A DNA stretch of 64,000 nucleotides from an uncultured Clostridium sp. (GTDB taxonomy: Bacteria; Bacillota; Clostridia; TANB77; CAG-508), in contig CAOJRU010000009.1 of assembly GCA_948442365.1 (NCBI GenBank), positions 720 to 64,719 of the forward strand, given 5' to 3'. Below the pieces are notes generated by a model. It saw nothing but the letters and a program-made list of their open reading frames with translations, was not told where the DNA came from and ran no database searches. A program made the translations under genes and the position numbers. Of this stretch, positions 43,220 through 52,447 are shown piece after piece; the first letter of the stretch is position 1; every line of letters starts with the position of its first letter.

Positions 43220-44542
43220 ATGAAAGAACAAATTACTTTACAACAAATAAGTAAGTTTAGTGAAAATTACAATAAGGATAGTTCAAATAAAATCATAGAA
43301 AGTGAAATTACAAAAAAGGGAATAGAGCTTTCTTGCTTAAATCAAGAGGTTATCAAAGAAAATGAGCCAGTTTTTAATATAGAGTTACCAGAAAGTAGGA
43401 GATATGACCAAAAGGACAGTCATAGATGTTGGATTTATGCAGGTATTAACATGATAAAACATAATGTTGCTCAAAATTTAAACCTAGATATTATGAATTT
43501 TGAATTATCCAATAATTATATTGCTTTTTTCGATAAATTGGAAAAATCCAATAATGTTTATGAACATGTAATATCATTAAAAGATATAAGATTGGATTAT
43601 ATTCGTAAAGAAAGATTTATAAATTGTGGCGTTTTGGAGGGAGGATATTGGCAATACTTTGTTGCCATTGTTAATAAATATGGAATCGTACCAGAAATTG
43701 CTATGCCTAATGCAAGGGAAAGCGAAAATTATGAAAATATAGAAAGGATTTTTGTAGAAAAAGTTAAAAAAGATGCATTATATTTATTAAAATTAAAAAA
43801 GCAAAAGAAAATAAGTGAAGAATTAAGAATGGTGAAAGATACATTTTTACAGGAAAACTATAATATACTATCAAAAATATTAGGAGAACCCAAATTTAAT
43901 TTTAATTATGAATATGAAGATAAGAACCACCAAATAAAATCATATAAAAATATGAATCCTATTGATTTTAGAGATCAATTTCTAACTTTGAACTTGAAAG
44001 ATTTTGTATCCATAGGAAATTTGCCAATGCATAATAAAGAATTTTATAAAATATATGCTAAAAAATACTTAGGCAATGTATATCAAAATAGTGAAGCAAC
44101 TTTTTTAAATTTACCAATAGAGGATTTAAAATCGTTAGTTATTAAGCAATTAAAAGATAAAATTCCAATATGGATGGGAATATATCACAAAAAATTTAGA
44201 GATAAAGAATCAGGAGTACTAGATATAAGATTATATGATTATAAAGATAAATTAGGTTTTAGACCATTAACTAAAAAAGAAGCTTTAGATACAAATGACA
44301 TTTGGTTAGATCATGCCATGACTATTTGCGGCGTTCATATAGTAGATGATAAACCAATTCGATGGAAAATAGAGGATACGAGAGGTGACCAAGTGAAAGT
44401 AAATGGATATTATATTATGAATGATAATTATTTTAATGAATTTGTTTTAAATGTTATTATAAATAAAAAGTATTTGTCACAAAAACAATTAGAGCTATTG
44501 CATCAAAAACCAATTAAATTTGATATTCAAGATTCTTTTTAA
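43220..44542 (+). CDS. C1B-family cysteine aminopeptidase (PepC/bleomycin hydrolase-like)
   Basis: QKDSHRCW, FFDKLEKSN, KYGIVP, DHAMT. Confidence 0.82.
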   Translation: MKEQITLQQISKFSENYNKDSSNKIIESEITKKGIELSCLNQEVIKENEPVFNIELPESRRYDQKDSHRCWIYAGINMIKHNVAQNLNLDIMNFELSNNYIAFFDKLEKSNNVYEHVISLKDIRLDYIRKERFINCGVLEGGYWQYFVAIVNKYGIVPEIAMPNARESENYENIERIFVEKVKKDALYLLKLKKQKKISEELRMVKDTFLQENYNILSKILGEPKFNFNYEYEDKNHQIKSYKNMNPIDFRDQFLTLNLKDFVSIGNLPMHNKEFYKIYAKKYLGNVYQNSEATFLNLPIEDLKSLVIKQLKDKIPIWMGIYHKKFRDKESGVLDIRLYDYKDKLGFRPLTKKEALDTNDIWLDHAMTICGVHIVDDKPIRWKIEDTRGDQVKVNGYYIMNDNYFNEFVLNVIINKKYLSQKQLELLHQKPIKFDIQDSF

Positions 44543-44593
44543 AATATTTATGAAAATATTGTTAAATTTGTAAAAATAAAGGAGGTAAAAAAT

Positions 44594-45220
44594 ATGGAAG
44601 CAATCGTTTTAAACAACCCACTTATTCAGCACAAACTATCTATTATTAGAAACAAAAAAACAGGAACCAAAGAATTCAGAGAAATTATTGGAGAAGTCGC
44701 AACTTTTTTATGTTATGAAGCTATGGCAGATGCTAGATTAGAAGAAGTAGAAATAGAAACTCCAATTGGTAAAACAAAAGCCAAGAAATTAGATGAAAAT
44801 CAATATGCTTTTGTACCAATTTTAAGAGCAGGAACAGGAATGTTAGATGGACTCTTAAAAGCAATGCCAAATGCCAAAATAGGGCATGTTGGATTATATC
44901 GAGACGAAGAAACATTAAAACCAGTACGTTATTATTATAAAATGCCGAAAGACATAGCCAATCGAGAAGTGATTGTATTAGACCCAATGCTTGCCACTGG
45001 TGGTTCAGCAACTGATACCATTACCATGTTAAAAGAAGATGGGGTAGAAAAAATTAAATTCCTATGTATTTTATCTGCTCCAGAAGGAATCCAAAAACTA
45101 CAAGAAATACATCCAGATGTACAAATCTATACAGCTGCTATGGATGAAAAATTAAATGAAGTTGGTTATATTGTTCCTGGATTAGGAGATGCAGGAGACC
45201 GAATTTTTGGAACAAAATAA
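44594..45220 (+). CDS. upp: Uracil phosphoribosyltransferase
   Basis: [32 protein letters not shown]. Confidence 0.97.
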   Translation: MEAIVLNNPLIQHKLSIIRNKKTGTKEFREIIGEVATFLCYEAMADARLEEVEIETPIGKTKAKKLDENQYAFVPILRAGTGMLDGLLKAMPNAKIGHVGLYRDEETLKPVRYYYKMPKDIANREVIVLDPMLATGGSATDTITMLKEDGVEKIKFLCILSAPEGIQKLQEIHPDVQIYTAAMDEKLNEVGYIVPGLGDAGDRIFGTK

Positions 45221-45223
45221 ATA

Positions 45224-45254
45224 TGTGCCATTGGGGACGGACCTTTTTGGCAAT
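45224..45254. repeat. Single arm of the palindromic element (copy D)
   Basis: tgtgccattggggacggacctttttggcaat, identical to the left end of copy B. Confidence 0.85.
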
Positions 45255-45413
45255 TTTAGAACAAAAGCGCATAATTAAAATTTCTTGACCTTTTAGATAT
45301 GTTACCTGTCCATTTTTTGTTCGCCTGCCAAAATTCTGTCAAAATTTTTTATGGAATAAAAAAGAATCTAAAATTAGTATAAAACTAATATTAGATCCTT
45401 TTTTTCTTATAAG

Positions 45414-45518
45414 TTATCTACAATTGTTATTGTTTTGTTTTTCGTTATTATTATTGTTTTGATTGTTTCTGTTATTATTTTGGTTATTATTTTTGTTTTC
45501 TTTATTTTTCTTTGACAT
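45414..45518 (-). CDS. 34-aa Asn-rich micropeptide, probable small spore protein (not in the ORF track)
   Basis: GGAGG RBS; MSKKNKENKNNNQNNNRNNQNNNNNEKQNNNNCR*; sigma-G-like GTATA-N18-CAAAATA upstream; hairpin terminator at ~45358-45404. Confidence 0.7.
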   Translation of the reverse strand: MSKKNKENKNNNQNNNRNNQNNNNNEKQNNNNCR

Positions 45519-45752
45519 GAAAAGCACCTCCATTCAAGTTTCATTTATATTTTGGTCTATTAGAATTTAAAATATACTATTTACAAGTTGTCTTTTTTTT
45601 ACATTTGTTATATAATGTGAAAAATAGAAGAATAGGATAAAAGGAAAATTTTTAAAATAAAAATCCTATCAAAAAGGGAGAAATTTCTAGTAACACAAAA
45701 ATAGAAGGAAGGAATATAATAAAACAGTTAAATACGAGAAAGGAAAAGAAAA

Positions 45753-47153
45753 ATGAGTTTTAGCAATGATAAATGGGAAGAATTTAATGCGTACATAAAA
45801 TTTAGAAAAGTGGCTATTATAGGATTAGGAGTTAGTAATTTGCCATTATTGGATTATCTATGTGAAAAAAAAGCGAGAGTAACCATTTTTGATGAAAGAG
45901 AAAAAGGATTAATTGCAAATGAAATAATGGACAAAATAAAATCCTATGGATTTGAGTTCAATTTTGGTAAAAATTGTTTAGAGAAATTAAAAGGATTTGA
46001 CATTATCTTTCGTTCGCCAAGTTGTTTACCAACAAGAACAGAATTGGAACAAGAAGAAAAAAGAGGCGCTCTTGTTACAACAGAAATTGAAATGTTAATG
46101 AAAATGTGTCCTTGTAAGGTAATTGGTGTAACAGGAAGTGATGGAAAAACTACTACTACGAGTCTAATTCATGAAATTTTACAAAAATCCGGTTATTGTA
46201 CTTTTCTAGGTGGAAATATAGGAATACCATTATTTACAAAAATTCCAGAAATGTTACCAGAAGATATTGTGGTATTAGAATTAAGTAGTTTTCAATTAAT
46301 GGGAATGGAAATTAGTCCTGACATTGCGATTATTACTAATATAACACCAAATCACTTAAATATTCATAAAGATTATGAAGAATATATAGAAGCAAAGAAA
46401 AATATATTCCGTTATCAGAATGAAGATGGTATTTTAATATTAAATTATGATAATGAAATAACCAAAAATTGTAATAAAGAAGCAAAAGGAAAAGTTATTT
46501 TCTTTAGCCATAAAGAAAAATTAGAAAATGGTTTTATCGTAGAAGATAGAGTCATAAAAGAATGTGATGAAGGTATTAGAAAACATCTTTTCAATGGTGA
46601 AGATGCCATTTTAAGAGGGAACCATAATTTAGAAAATATTGCTACTGCTATGGCAGCAACGAAAACACTTGTAACCACAGACAAAGCTGTGCAAGCAATA
46701 AAAGGTTTTAAACCAGTACAACATAGAATTGAACTTGTGAAAGAAATAAATCAAGTAAAATGGTATAACGATTCAGCAAGTTCTTCGCCTACAAGAACTT
46801 TATCAGGTTTAAATGCTTTTGATGAAGAAATTATATTAATTGCAGGTGGATATGATAAAAAATTAGATTATACACCGCTTGCTAAACCGATTGTAGAGAA
46901 AGTAAAAGCATTAATTTTAATAGGGCAAACTTCTGGTAAGATTTTTGATGCTGTAAAAGAGGAATTAGAAAATGAAAAGAAAGATTTAGCTATTCATATG
47001 TGTGAAAATTTAGAAGAGACAGTGATTTTGGCTAACAAATTAGCGAAACCAGGAAATGTTGTTCTTTTTTCACCAGCTAGTGCAAGTTTTGACATGTTCA
47101 AGGATTTTGCAGATAGAGGGAATCAATTTAAAAAATTAGTAAATCAAATTTAA
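45753..47153 (+). CDS. murD: UDP-N-acetylmuramoyl-L-alanine--D-glutamate ligase
   Basis: GLGVSN, GVTGSDGKTTT, ELSSFQL, HRIE, SPASASFD.F..RG. Confidence 0.95.
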   Translation: MSFSNDKWEEFNAYIKFRKVAIIGLGVSNLPLLDYLCEKKARVTIFDEREKGLIANEIMDKIKSYGFEFNFGKNCLEKLKGFDIIFRSPSCLPTRTELEQEEKRGALVTTEIEMLMKMCPCKVIGVTGSDGKTTTTSLIHEILQKSGYCTFLGGNIGIPLFTKIPEMLPEDIVVLELSSFQLMGMEISPDIAIITNITPNHLNIHKDYEEYIEAKKNIFRYQNEDGILILNYDNEITKNCNKEAKGKVIFFSHKEKLENGFIVEDRVIKECDEGIRKHLFNGEDAILRGNHNLENIATAMAATKTLVTTDKAVQAIKGFKPVQHRIELVKEINQVKWYNDSASSSPTRTLSGLNAFDEEIILIAGGYDKKLDYTPLAKPIVEKVKALILIGQTSGKIFDAVKEELENEKKDLAIHMCENLEETVILANKLAKPGNVVLFSPASASFDMFKDFADRGNQFKKLVNQI

Positions 47154-47262
47154 TGGGGAGGTTTCTTTTACGACAAAAATGTCGGAAAAGAAACCTCTCC
47201 AAAATGACACCAAAAATACTTTTATACATATAATATACAAAAATATTTAAGGAGGTTATTAT

Positions 47263-47874
47263 ATGTATAATGAAACATATGAGGACTACATAAGAAGCAT
47301 TTTAGGCTATCCAAACTATGGAAATAATACTTATAGAGAAAATAGTTATCAAACAATGCCAGTAAATTATGGGAGTAATCAGAAAAATGAAGAACTAGAG
47401 GCGTGTTATCCAGAAATTTATAAAGTGATATATCCTATGGTAAATAAGGCTTGTATGAATAATACCAAACCAGTGACATCAGCCTTAATTGATGAATTAA
47501 CCAATGAAATTTATTTATCAATCGAAAGTGACAATGAAATCAATGTTACCATTAATTTAACGAATGAAGTAGGAGGAAGTGGTAATACCAATCGAACTAC
47601 CTCAACTATAAATTCTGCGAAAGCAGAAAAAGTTAAAGAAAATAGGGGAGAAGATAGACAATTTCGAAATAGAGGGTTACAAGATTTAATTCGAATTTTA
47701 TTAATAAGAGAATTATTAGGAAGACCTGGTAGACCAGGAAATCGTCCACCAATGCCACCACATAGACCACCTATGAGACCTCCATTTCCAGGAGGTGGAC
47801 CAGGTCCAAGACCACCAATCATGCCAAGAGATGTTGGGTATAATATGAGCAATTTCAATTTATATGAAGAATAA
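47263..47874 (+). CDS. Hypothetical protein with a Pro-rich tail (probably spore coat associated)
   Basis: YPEIYKVIYPMV..AC, LQDLIRILLIRELL, Pro/Gly/Arg-rich C-terminus. Confidence 0.7.
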   Translation: MYNETYEDYIRSILGYPNYGNNTYRENSYQTMPVNYGSNQKNEELEACYPEIYKVIYPMVNKACMNNTKPVTSALIDELTNEIYLSIESDNEINVTINLTNEVGGSGNTNRTTSTINSAKAEKVKENRGEDRQFRNRGLQDLIRILLIRELLGRPGRPGNRPPMPPHRPPMRPPFPGGGPGPRPPIMPRDVGYNMSNFNLYEE

Positions 47875-47884
47875 TATTTTTAAA

Positions 47885-48065
47885 ATTAGGATTTTATAGG
47901 TTAAAGGCTTAACGTTTACTATAAAAATGTCAAAAAGACCATACTGAACGAAATCGAGTACGGCCTTCTTCGACTTTTAAAGTCATGAAATACATGACAC
48001 AAAACTTCGAAAGGATTTATAACTCCCCATCGAAGTTTTACAAAAAAACTATGTAAAACTCAAGC
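47885..48065 (-). ncRNA. Candidate multi-hairpin small RNA
   Basis: Minus-strand TTGACT-N17-TATATA promoter (~48070-48098) reads into ~180 nt with several hairpins and no credible ORF. Confidence 0.35.
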
Positions 48066-48199
48066 ATTATATATATCACTTTTTTTATAAAAAGTCAATA
48101 TTTTTTCAAAAAATTTCCATTTTTCAAGATTATTTCTCGAATAGATTTTTCAAATTTCGTCAAAAATAATAATGAGAAAGTTTGAAAGGTGGTAAAAGT

Positions 48200-48646
48200 A
48201 TGAAAGTTAAAGAATGTATGTGCCAAGATGTATGTTGTGTGAAACCAGATGCTAAACTAGATCAAGTGGCAAAATTAATGAGTGAAAAACACGTAGGATG
48301 TATTCCTGTTTGTGATGAAAATAATTGTATTTGTGGAATTGTAACAGATAGAGACATTTTACTTCGTGCCGTAGCTTGTGAAAAAGATGCAAAAACTTGC
48401 CAAGTAAGTGATATTATGACATGTAATGTTTGTACTTGTAAAGAAGATGACGAAATGACAAATGCACAAAGTAAGATGTCACAAAATCAAATTAGAAGAT
48501 TACCTGTATGTGATCAAAATAATAAGGTAGTGGGAATTTTAACATTAGGAAATTTAGCACAAAATGAAAGAGATTTAGGAGTACAGGAAGTATGTACAAC
48601 AATAGAAGGTATTTGTAATTGTAATGAACACAAAAATGCAGAATAA
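48200..48646 (+). CDS. CBS-domain protein (YhcV-like)
   Basis: MKVKECM, VGCIPV, GIVTDRDI, QIRRLPV. Confidence 0.88.
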   Translation: MKVKECMCQDVCCVKPDAKLDQVAKLMSEKHVGCIPVCDENNCICGIVTDRDILLRAVACEKDAKTCQVSDIMTCNVCTCKEDDEMTNAQSKMSQNQIRRLPVCDQNNKVVGILTLGNLAQNERDLGVQEVCTTIEGICNCNEHKNAE

Positions 48647-48717
48647 AATAATATAGATAATTTTAAAAGAACGGATAATATTCCGTTCTTTTACATAGAA
48701 TAAAATAGGGTGAAAAA

Positions 48718-49815
48718 ATGATAATTGATGTATCTTATTGGACAAGGGTTATGAAAAACATATTATATGTAATATTATTGCTATTAGGGTTATATATTGC
48801 TTTAAAATTATCCTTATTTTACATGCCATTTCTAGTAGCTTTTATTATATCTTTAATGATAGAACCAGCTATTAAATTTATGATGGCAAAAACGAAATTA
48901 ACAAGGAGAAGTAGTTCTATTATCATATTTGTAATGGTATCTGCTATTATTTTAGGAAGTTTAAGTTGGGTATTAATTACTTTATTTTCTGAATCTTCTA
49001 GTTTATTACAAGGGTTAAATGATTATTTTGATAAAGCTTACATACAATTTCAAAAATTGATGGAAAGTTTTAATTTTGACAAAATACACTTATCAGACGA
49101 AATATTAAATGTTATACAAAACTCAACAGGTGATTTGTTAGAAACGGCTTCCAATTGGCTAAGAAATTCTCTAACAGGACTAATCAATCTAGTAACCAGT
49201 TTACCATCCATTGCCATATGTATTGGTATTACAGTAGTGGCACTTTACTTTATATGTGTGGACAAAATCTATATATTAGATCAAGTAGAACATCACCTTC
49301 CTAAAGTATGGGTCAGAAAAATAGGAAGACATTTAAAAGATTTAATTCAAACATTGGGTGGTTATTTAAAAGCGGAAGCTATGCTAGTTTTAGTCTCTTT
49401 TATTATTTCTCTTATTGGATTATATATTTTACAATTTGCAGGATTTCATATACAATATCCTTTACTAATGGCACTATTTATAGGATTTGTAGATGCTCTT
49501 CCCATACTTGGTTCAGGAACCGTTATGGTGCCATGGGCTATTATTGCAGCTATTAATGGAGATTTTAACTTAGGAATTGCCATTATTGTATTATTAATTA
49601 TCATGTCAGTAGCTAGACAAATATTAGAACCTAAATTAGTTAGTAAAAATATTGGCGTTCATCCAATTTTTACACTAATTGCCATGTATACTGGTTTTAA
49701 AGTAATTGGAATTATGGGATTGCTAATTGGTCCGATTGTACTTATTATTTTTAAAAATATTTTTGCAAGCTTAATCGATCAAGGAGTTTTTAAAACTATT
49801 TTTGATAGAAAGTAG
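48718..49815 (+). CDS. ytvI: Sporulation integral membrane protein YtvI (AI-2E family)
   Basis: PFLVAFIISLMIEP, DALPILGSG..MVPW, RQILEPK, IGVHP. Confidence 0.88.
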   Translation: MIIDVSYWTRVMKNILYVILLLLGLYIALKLSLFYMPFLVAFIISLMIEPAIKFMMAKTKLTRRSSSIIIFVMVSAIILGSLSWVLITLFSESSSLLQGLNDYFDKAYIQFQKLMESFNFDKIHLSDEILNVIQNSTGDLLETASNWLRNSLTGLINLVTSLPSIAICIGITVVALYFICVDKIYILDQVEHHLPKVWVRKIGRHLKDLIQTLGGYLKAEAMLVLVSFIISLIGLYILQFAGFHIQYPLLMALFIGFVDALPILGSGTVMVPWAIIAAINGDFNLGIAIIVLLIIMSVARQILEPKLVSKNIGVHPIFTLIAMYTGFKVIGIMGLLIGPIVLIIFKNIFASLIDQGVFKTIFDRK

Positions 49816-49829
49816 TGGCTATTTCTTGT

Positions 49830-50018
49830 CCATCTGGGTTGCTACTGGTTCTGGGTTTAATTGGCAAATAATCTGACTGAGAACCAACCCTTTTGGTCAG
49901 TTCTTCTTATTCATAATAAAATAGTAAGAAACAAAAAACTTTTTTATTTCTTACTATTTTTATTTTATTAATTTTAAGATTGCCAAAAAGGTCCGTCCCC
50001 AGTGGCACAACCAGATGG
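49830..50018. repeat. Degenerate, internally deleted palindromic element (copy E)
   Basis: Intact right arm attgccaaaaaggtccgtccccagtggcacaac; collapsed inner stem taataaaatagtaagaaa/tttcttactatttttat; decayed left arm. Confidence 0.72.
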
Positions 50019-50029
50019 CTATTATGAAT

Positions 50030-51565
50030 TTATTCCCATTCAATGGTTGCAGGTGGTTTAGAGGTAATGTCATAAACAACTCTATTTACATGATTTACTT
50101 CATTTACAATACGTGAGGATACTCTTTCTAATATTTCATATGGTATTTTGCTCCAAATACCTGTCATAAAATCAGTCGTTTCAACGGCTCTAAGTGCTAT
50201 GGTGTAGTCGTAGGTTCTTTCATCACCCATAACACCAACAGATTTTAAGTTGGTAAGAACAGCAAAATATTGATTAATATTTTTATGAAGGCCAGCGTTT
50301 GCAATTTCTTCTCTAAAGATACTGTCAGCATCTTTTAAGATATTTAGTTTATCATCGGTAATGTCTCCAATTATACGGATAGCTAGTCCTGGACCAGGAA
50401 ACGGTTGTCTATATACTAAGTTCTCTGGGATTCCTAGTTCTAAACCTGTTTTTCGAACTTCATCTTTGAATAAATCTCTTAATGGTTCTACAATTTCTTT
50501 AAAGTCTACATAGTCGGGAAGTCCTCCAACATTATGATGGCTCTTAATCACAGAGCTTTTTCCTAATCCACTTTCGATGACATCTGGATAAATGGTTCCT
50601 TGTACTAAAAAATCAACTGTTCCAATTTTTTTGGCTTCTTCTTCAAAAACGCGAATAAATTCTTCTCCAATTATTTTTCTTTTGGTTTCTGGATCTGAAA
50701 TACCAGCTAATTTTCCTAAAAATCTTTCTTTTGTGTTTACTCTGATTAGGTTAATATCAAATTGATTTCTAAATATTTCTTCTACTTCGTCTCCTTCATT
50801 TTTACGTAGAAGTCCATGATCCACAAAGATACAGGTTAGATTTTTACCGATGGCTTTGGAAAGTAAAACAGCGGCTACGGATGAGTCAACTCCTCCAGAT
50901 AGGGCACATAGGGCTTTTTTGTCTCCGATTTTTTCTTTTAATTTTTGGATACTTTCTTGTGTAAAAGAACTAATAATCCAATCACCTGTACAATTACAAA
51001 TATTAAATAAAAAGTTTTTGATAACTTGAATTCCATTAATAGAATGGTTTACTTCTGGATGGAATTGAATTCCATATAGTTTCTTTTCTGGATTTTCCAT
51101 AGCAGCATTTGGACAAGAGGGGGTAGAGGCAAGGTTTCTAAATCCTTCTGGGACCGTTTCTACATAGTCAGTATGGCTCATTAAAAAACCATTGCTTTTT
51201 TCAAATCCTTCTAAAAGTGAGGAAGGGTTGTTAATAGAAACGTCTATGGTTCCGTATTCTCTTTTATTGGGTCTTGCTACTTTTCCACCTAAGGTGTAAG
51301 CCATAAGTTGCATGCCATAACAAATGCCAAGTACGGGTATTCCTAATTCAAAGATTTCTTTATCACATCTTGGTGATTCTTCTCCATATACACTAGCTGG
51401 TCCTCCTGTAAAGATGATTCCTTTTGGATTTTTTTCTTTGATTTTTTCGATTGTTATGTCATAGGGTACAACTTCTGAGTATACATTACATTCTCTTACT
51501 CGTCTTGCGATTAGTTGGTTATATTGTCCTCCAAAGTCTAGGATTAATATTAATTCATTTTTCAC
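50030..51565 (-). CDS. guaA: GMP synthase (glutamine-hydrolysing)
   Basis: [36 protein letters not shown]. Confidence 0.97.
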   Translation of the reverse strand: MKNELILILDFGGQYNQLIARRVRECNVYSEVVPYDITIEKIKEKNPKGIIFTGGPASVYGEESPRCDKEIFELGIPVLGICYGMQLMAYTLGGKVARPNKREYGTIDVSINNPSSLLEGFEKSNGFLMSHTDYVETVPEGFRNLASTPSCPNAAMENPEKKLYGIQFHPEVNHSINGIQVIKNFLFNICNCTGDWIISSFTQESIQKLKEKIGDKKALCALSGGVDSSVAAVLLSKAIGKNLTCIFVDHGLLRKNEGDEVEEIFRNQFDINLIRVNTKERFLGKLAGISDPETKRKIIGEEFIRVFEEEAKKIGTVDFLVQGTIYPDVIESGLGKSSVIKSHHNVGGLPDYVDFKEIVEPLRDLFKDEVRKTGLELGIPENLVYRQPFPGPGLAIRIIGDITDDKLNILKDADSIFREEIANAGLHKNINQYFAVLTNLKSVGVMGDERTYDYTIALRAVETTDFMTGIWSKIPYEILERVSSRIVNEVNHVNRVVYDITSKPPATIEWE

Positions 51566-51681
51566 TTATTTTACCTCCAAAATTAATTTGTATCATTTTA
51601 TCATAATTTGGAGAAAAAGTAAACAGGAAGGGACATTTAAGTTTCGGACTGCTTTTATTTTTTTAGAAATTTTAAATATGA

Positions 51682-52230
51682 CTACAATAAACCACTGGTT
51701 GGAATATAACTTTCATCAGGAGGATAGACAAATTCATCATTTGGTTTATCTACTCTTTTAATTTCAGTTACTTTAATGACTGGCATATCACCATGATAAT
51801 TACCTTTGGTAATGGTACCTGTTAATTCAACCCAAGTGTCATTTTCTAGATCTTTAGCATTTTCATACTCACATAAAAACCCCACAATAACTGACTGGTA
51901 ATCAGAAGAGACAATCATATTTCGTGCTAAAACAAATTCATTTTCTTTTAAATCAAAAACACGATATACATATCCTGTAAAATTAATTTGAATGCCTACG
52001 TAATTATCAATATTTTCATGAACTGTTTTTAATATAGTAGTATAGTTTGTAGTTGATAATTTAGTAACTTTGCTTTGAGGCAAGCAAGAAGAATTTGGAG
52101 TGGCATTATTGGCTCCTTGAAAAACTTTGAAGCTTACAATTCCAACTATGATAATAACAAGTAAAACAATTCCAATAAAGAAATTTTTAAAAGTTTTACT
52201 ACCATTGATTTTAACATTATATATAAACAT
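51682..52230 (-). CDS. Membrane-anchored OB-fold protein (DUF1980/YcgQ C-terminal-like)
   Basis: N-terminal TM; FTGYVYR, FVLAR, DTWVELTGTI, DEFVYP. Confidence 0.55.
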   Translation of the reverse strand: MFIYNVKINGSKTFKNFFIGIVLLVIIIVGIVSFKVFQGANNATPNSSCLPQSKVTKLSTTNYTTILKTVHENIDNYVGIQINFTGYVYRVFDLKENEFVLARNMIVSSDYQSVIVGFLCEYENAKDLENDTWVELTGTITKGNYHGDMPVIKVTEIKRVDKPNDEFVYPPDESYIPTSGLL

Positions 52231-52447
52231 ATAAATCCTCTTTTCTAAAAATAAATCTATTATTTGAATTTATGTAAGTATAAAAAAAATATTCCTAAAA
52301 GTTAATGTTCTATATTTTACAATACTAGGCGAACAGGTTGGTATATAATTTTTTTCGAAAAGACTTCATAAATACTTGTAAAAAACATATTTTCATGATA
52401 TAGTAAATAAGTAAAATTATGAAGTTAAGAAGGGACGGAAATTAAGA

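Noticed and set aside
29460-50018. Repeated 30-bp GGGGACGGACC motif as a CRISPR repeat
   Set aside because: Copies are dispersed and inverted, not a regularly spaced array, and no cas genes are present.
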